This document shows positions 54,710-64,000 of a stretch of DNA of 64,000 nt, piece after piece. A program made the translations under genes and the position numbers. The stretch lies in NCBI RefSeq assembly GCF_009914755.1, contig NC_060931.1; one strand, written 5' to 3'. Every line of letters begins with the position of its first letter. Positions within the stretch are counted from its first letter, which is position 1. The notes below the pieces were generated by a model that did no database searches, had not been told where the DNA came from, and saw only the letters and a program-made list of their open reading frames with translations. Source of the stretch: the human T2T-CHM13v2.0 reference genome, Homo sapiens.

Positions 54710-56129
54710 GAGGCTAATGTTTAAAGCTTGAATAAGATTATTAATTTACAATGAGAAATCATTATCACAGAGACCTAAATATTTCAAGTTCATTGGATTT
54801 TATATTATTTCCATGGGCAAATGAATTTTAAAAGCCACATAATAATTAGAAAGTTATTTAGTGACCATGAGATTAAAAGGTTTTAGAGGAATCAGATGTT
54901 CAGGGGCATTAGGCTGAGATAACCTGATCTATCTATCTCACAGTAGGAATGGTCATGCCTATAGATGGGAATTCTTAAATGCTGTTTGCTGCAACCCCTG
55001 ACATTTCTTTCTACATTTGGTAATGTTTTTTCTAGAGCAACCAAAATTCTCAAAGGCTGTACTTGAATGGGCACTGCCAACATTTCCCTCTGAGGCTTTT
55101 CTTTTTCTCAGCCTTGACATTTCTTCTTTAGTTATGTTCATTCATTCATTCATTCATTCATTCAAGGCACCTTTAAGTCCTGTTTGCCTGGGACTCCTGT
55201 CTCTTTAAAATGATTTTACTTACCTACTTATGTCCTGATCCATTCTGTAGATTTCATGTATTTATTTGTTTTTGAGACTATAGCCCTCTATTACTTACAG
55301 AGGCAAGTAAGTTACTGAAGCAAAACTTTGACCTAGGGCCTCTGCTTGACTTTGTCATGCTGAAGTAATCACCATAACAGATATGCCTTGGCCTGTGTCT
55401 GGGCGTAGCCCTATCTCCATTCCAAAATAGAATCCCAAATAAGAACTGGGGGAGAGTATCTGCTTTGCTTTGAAAATTCTGTTTAAACCAAAAGTCCTAG
55501 GACCAAGTTGTTATGCCATAAATGGTATAGTTGTCTTAGATGTCACTTGAGGTTCAGCCTTTTAAGCATTGCATATCTCTAAATTTCTGACTGACTTAAG
55601 AGCCCAGGACTGAAGTTAAGACAGACCGTTAGGAGTCTGTTTTTGTTGTTTTTCTTTTTCCATAGCCCTTGCCCATGACACACATTGAAGTCACCAGAAT
55701 ACATGTGAGGAACTTTTATTTATTTTTATCTTTCTGAATGTGTCTAGAGTATATGCAGTACTTTAGCTATAGAGAATACTAAATATTTAGAATGTTGATC
55801 AGTTAATAAGAAAAATGAAAATGTAACAGTTTGGAGACATCTAAAATCAGACTGGGTTTTTAAACTAAAAATTTTAATCACAGAAATGTTAAGAGAAATT
55901 TCTTCTAAGAAGGCCAAAACTACTGTAGTGTTTGCTCACAAGTAGTGTTGGTTACACGAGTTCTAAGTGTCATTATTGTGGAAAAAATTGAGGGGCAGGA
56001 CCAACATTTACTTTTTGTAGAATTTTTTAAAAGAGAAACTTCTGTCAGTCTTTTGGTAATGAGATGAAGCAGTATAATTTGCCAGAAGCTAAAAATGCCA
56101 TTCTTACATTTTCATTTTTTTTCCTAAAG

Positions 56130-58517
56130 GAACAAGATAAAAAAGTAGAAAACTCAAATAAAGAAGAAATACAGGAAAAGGAGACAATCATTGAAGAATT
56201 AAACACAAAAATAATAGAAGAAGAAAAGAAAACTCTTGAGCTAAAGGATAAATTAACAACTGCTGATAAATTACTAGGAGAATTACAAGAACAGATTGTG
56301 CAAAAGAACCAAGAAATAAAAAACATGAAATTAGAGCTGACTAATTCTAAGCAAAAAGAAAGACAGTCTTCTGAAGAAATAAAACAGTTAATGGGGACAG
56401 TCGAAGAACTTCAGAAGAGAAATCATAAAGACAGCCAGTTCGAAACTGATATAGTACAACGAATGGAACAAGAAACACAAAGAAAGTTAGAACAACTCCG
56501 GGCAGAGCTGGATGAGATGTATGGGCAGCAGATAGTGCAAATGAAACAAGAATTAATAAGACAACACATGGCACAGATGGAGGAAATGAAAACACGGCAT
56601 AAGGGAGAAATGGAGAATGCTTTAAGGTCATATTCAAATATTACAGTTAATGAAGATCAGATAAAGTTAATGAATGTGGCAATAAATGAACTGAATATAA
56701 AATTGCAAGATACTAACTCTCAAAAGGAAAAACTCAAGGAAGAACTAGGACTAATTTTAGAAGAAAAGTGTGCTCTACAGAGACAGCTTGAAGACCTTGT
56801 TGAAGAATTGAGCTTTTCAAGGGAACAGATTCAGAGAGCTAGACAGACAATAGCTGAACAAGAAAGTAAACTTAATGAAGCACATAAGTCCCTTAGTACA
56901 GTGGAAGATTTGAAAGCTGAGATTGTTTCTGCATCTGAATCCAGAAAGGAACTAGAATTAAAACATGAAGCAGAAGTTACAAATTACAAGATAAAACTTG
57001 AAATGTTAGAAAAAGAAAAGAATGCTGTGTTAGACAGAATGGCTGAATCACAAGAAGCTGAATTAGAGAGGCTGAGAACACAGCTTCTATTTAGTCACGA
57101 AGAAGAGCTTTCCAAACTGAAGGAAGATTTAGAAATTGAACATCGAATAAATATTGAAAAACTTAAAGATAATTTAGGCATTCACTATAAACAGCAGATA
57201 GATGGTTTACAGAATGAAATGAGTCAAAAGATAGAAACCATGCAGTTTGAAAAGGACAATTTGATAACTAAGCAGAATCAATTAATTTTGGAAATTTCAA
57301 AGCTAAAAGATTTACAGCAGTCTCTTGTAAATTCAAAGTCAGAAGAAATGACTCTTCAAATCAATGAACTTCAAAAAGAAATTGAAATACTCAGACAAGA
57401 AGAAAAAGAAAAGGGTACACTTGAACAAGAAGTTCAAGAATTACAACTTAAAACAGAATTGTTAGAAAAACAGATGAAGGAAAAAGAGAATGATCTTCAA
57501 GAAAAATTTGCACAACTTGAAGCAGAGAATAGCATTCTTAAAGATGAAAAGAAAACCCTTGAAGACATGTTGAAAATACATACTCCTGTTAGCCAAGAAG
57601 AAAGATTGATTTTCTTAGACTCCATTAAGTCCAAATCCAAAGACTCTGTGTGGGAAAAAGAAATAGAAATACTTATAGAGGAAAATGAGGACCTCAAACA
57701 ACAATGTATTCAGCTAAATGAAGAGATTGAAAAGCAAAGGAACACTTTTTCATTTGCTGAAAAAAACTTTGAAGTTAACTATCAAGAGTTACAAGAGGAG
57801 TATGCTTGCCTTCTCAAAGTAAAAGATGATTTAGAAGACAGTAAAAATAAACAGGAATTAGAGTATAAAAGTAAACTTAAAGCACTTAATGAAGAGCTTC
57901 ATTTGCAAAGAATAAATCCAACTACAGTGAAAATGAAAAGTTCTGTCTTTGATGAAGACAAAACTTTTGTAGCAGAAACATTGGAAATGGGTGAGGTTGT
58001 TGAAAAGGATACAACAGAACTCATGGAAAAACTTGAGGTAACCAAGCGAGAGAAATTAGAGCTGTCACAGAGACTGTCTGATCTTTCTGAACAATTGAAA
58101 CAGAAACATGGTGAGATTAGTTTTCTAAATGAAGAAGTTAAATCTTTAAAGCAAGAGAAAGAACAAGTTTCATTGAGATGTAGAGAGCTAGAAATCATTA
58201 TTAACCACAACAGGGCAGAAAATGTACAGTCATGTGATACTCAAGTAAGCTCTTTATTAGATGGAGTTGTGACCATGACAAGCAGGGGTGCTGAAGGATC
58301 AGTTTCTAAAGTAAATAAAAGTTTTGGTGAAGAATCAAAAATAATGGTGGAAGATAAAGTTTCTTTTGAAAATATGACTGTTGGAGAAGAAAGTAAGCAA
58401 GAACAGTTGATTTTGGATCACTTACCATCTGTAACAAAGGAATCATCACTTAGAGCAACTCAACCAAGTGAAAATGATAAACTTCAGAAAGAACTCAATG
58501 TACTTAAATCAGAACAG
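56130..58517 (+). CDS. AKAP9: AKAP9 giant coding exon 8 (2388 nt, 796 aa coiled coil, EQDKKVEN...LKSEQ)
   Basis: Acceptor ttttttttcctaaag|GAA and donor CAG|gtatgt. Core of the 826-aa ORF 56064..58544; E/K/L/Q-rich heptads. Confidence 0.98.
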
Positions 58518-59306
58518 GTATGTTTACTTCTTCATATATGGTAAAGCACAATGAAAAAAATGTACATTTCACACTAAGGTTTCACCTTCATAGAACATAA
58601 GTTCATATCCTTACAAGAGAATGAAAATGAACCCTCTGATGTAATTTTAACTTGAGCCTATCATTTATTTATCATTTAAGTACTTTTTTTTTTAAACCAT
58701 TGTTGCCTTTCTTTCAGTTAATCTATCTTGTATATTCTGCTCAGGAAATAAAACACTAATGGATTCAGATTTTCTTTGGAAAGACAAGAGTTTGTATAAC
58801 TTTATGGAGAATCTCAGCATTAGAAAAGTTATTAATTTCATTTTGTAATTTTTGTTATAATCTCAAAGATTGGTTTCAGCGTTTTTATTTCATAGTGATG
58901 TTTTCAAGTCTCTACAACTGAAAATGAACTCCTAAGCTTTTTAATAGTCTCTATAGTTGTTAGGTGGTTATGAAATTATATTTTCCTGGGAGAAAAAAAA
59001 ACCTTTGATTTAAGTCCTAGAGTTTTTTCAGAGTCTTTATTATACCTGAAGGGGAAAAAACAGTATTAACTCTAAATATAGTTAAAGAATTATATGTATA
59101 TAATAATAGATCACTCCTGATAATTTATATTTGCCAGATACTGATATTAAAATAACAGGAAAATTCTGCTATCTACAATGTAATGGTGCTAACTAAAGTT
59201 TTATGTGTTTCTTCATTTTTCTAACATATTTATTGACTCTCTTGGCAAGTACGAATATAGTGGCCAACAAGAGAGAGGTTTCTGGTCTCAAAGAGCATAT
59301 ATTTTA

Positions 59307-60600
<1,294 letters not shown>

Positions 60601-60941
60601 CTAGGAGGAATTGACATTTGAGCTGAAATCTGAATGACATTGAAATTAGAGCAATTGTAAAGACACGGGTAAGTTTAAAGAACAGAATGAAGGCTTGTGT
60701 AGTTGAGTTTGAGAGAGCGGGAGAGTGGAAGAAGAGTTTGAAGGAGGAAGAGACCAGACCTTGGAGAATCTTGCAGACTTTGGAAGCCATTGGAAAGTTT
60801 TCTCTTTTTATTCCTAAATATATCATATTTATGATCTTATATCAAATGTCGAGATATTTTATATTTATGATTTATATCAAATGTAGAGATATTTTATATA
60901 TTTACTTGCCTAAATAGAGTCAAGAAATTCGAATTGCTTAA

Positions 60942-62775
<1,834 letters not shown>

Positions 62776-63368
62776 TATATCTTTAATGTAAAATAAATAT
62801 GAATAAAACAATGTAAATAAAATTATAACACTTTAATGAAGGATAGGAGGCTTGAATAAATGAAAAGTCTCATTTCTGAGTGGGAAAATTTGAATATCGT
62901 AAAAACCCAGGTTATCTCTAGATTAATCTGTAATCCTTATGTAGTTCCATTCCAACTCACAATGAAAAGTTACTGAAGTTCAACTTAGTAATTGGTTTAT
63001 AGTTTATCTGGAGAAGAAATGCACAAGAAGAGTCAATAATATTTTTGAAAAACGCAGAATAGTAATTGGTGTATAGTTTATCTGGAAGAAGAAATGCACA
63101 AGAACAGTCAAGAATATTTTTGAAAAATGCAGAATGCATTTAACATGATGTGTTGAACAATGTTTAGCCTTAAATATATTGATTTTATAAATATTGAAAA
63201 CAAGTTAAGCTGTTAGTTCTAGAGGCTAGAATATCAGAGCATGTAGACTTAAGAAAAGTAAAAAGAAGGAAATAATAAAGTTAAGAACAAAATAAGCAAA
63301 GTTAGAATAACCAAAACAGGAGGAAAAGTTTTCAAGGATTTTGAAAGTTTATTATTTGAAAACACTAG

Positions 63369-64000
<632 letters not shown>

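Noticed and set aside
56064-56129. ATG start of the 826-aa ORF as a stand-alone gene
   Set aside because: The first 22 codons run through the polypyrimidine tract and acceptor, and the last codons run through the donor. It is internal exon 8.
56045-58210. Antisense ORFs over exon 8
   Set aside because: They are shadow frames of biased E/K/Q codons giving low-complexity S/F-rich products.

Overview
Human genomic DNA from inside AKAP9 (AKAP450/CG-NAP/yotiao), + strand. The window starts within intron 1 (exon 1 is not present) and ends in intron 8. Coding exons 2-8 (258, 45, 54, 171, 156, 198 and 2388 nt) were located from GT-AG boundaries and all are phase 0. The rest is AT-rich intron dense in Alu, L1, L2/MIR, THE1 LTR and DNA-transposon relics; nearly all short ORFs in the track are repeat artefacts. 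I see no clear new gene system. The best candidates for a second look are: (1) a 36-nt in-frame cassette exon exonised from the antisense strand of an old L1 ORF1; (2) an AG|GTAAAT recursive-splice-like site at the start of exon 4; (3) many local templated-insertion and template-switch scars, including a ~98% identical 145-bp inverted copy inside an Alu; (4) a composite L1 insertion bounded by one TSD and a tail-less L1 RT fragment; (5) a palindromic CTCF motif. Gene identity and repeat subfamily names come from recall of known sequences, not from a search. Repeat boundaries are approximate unless a TSD is given.
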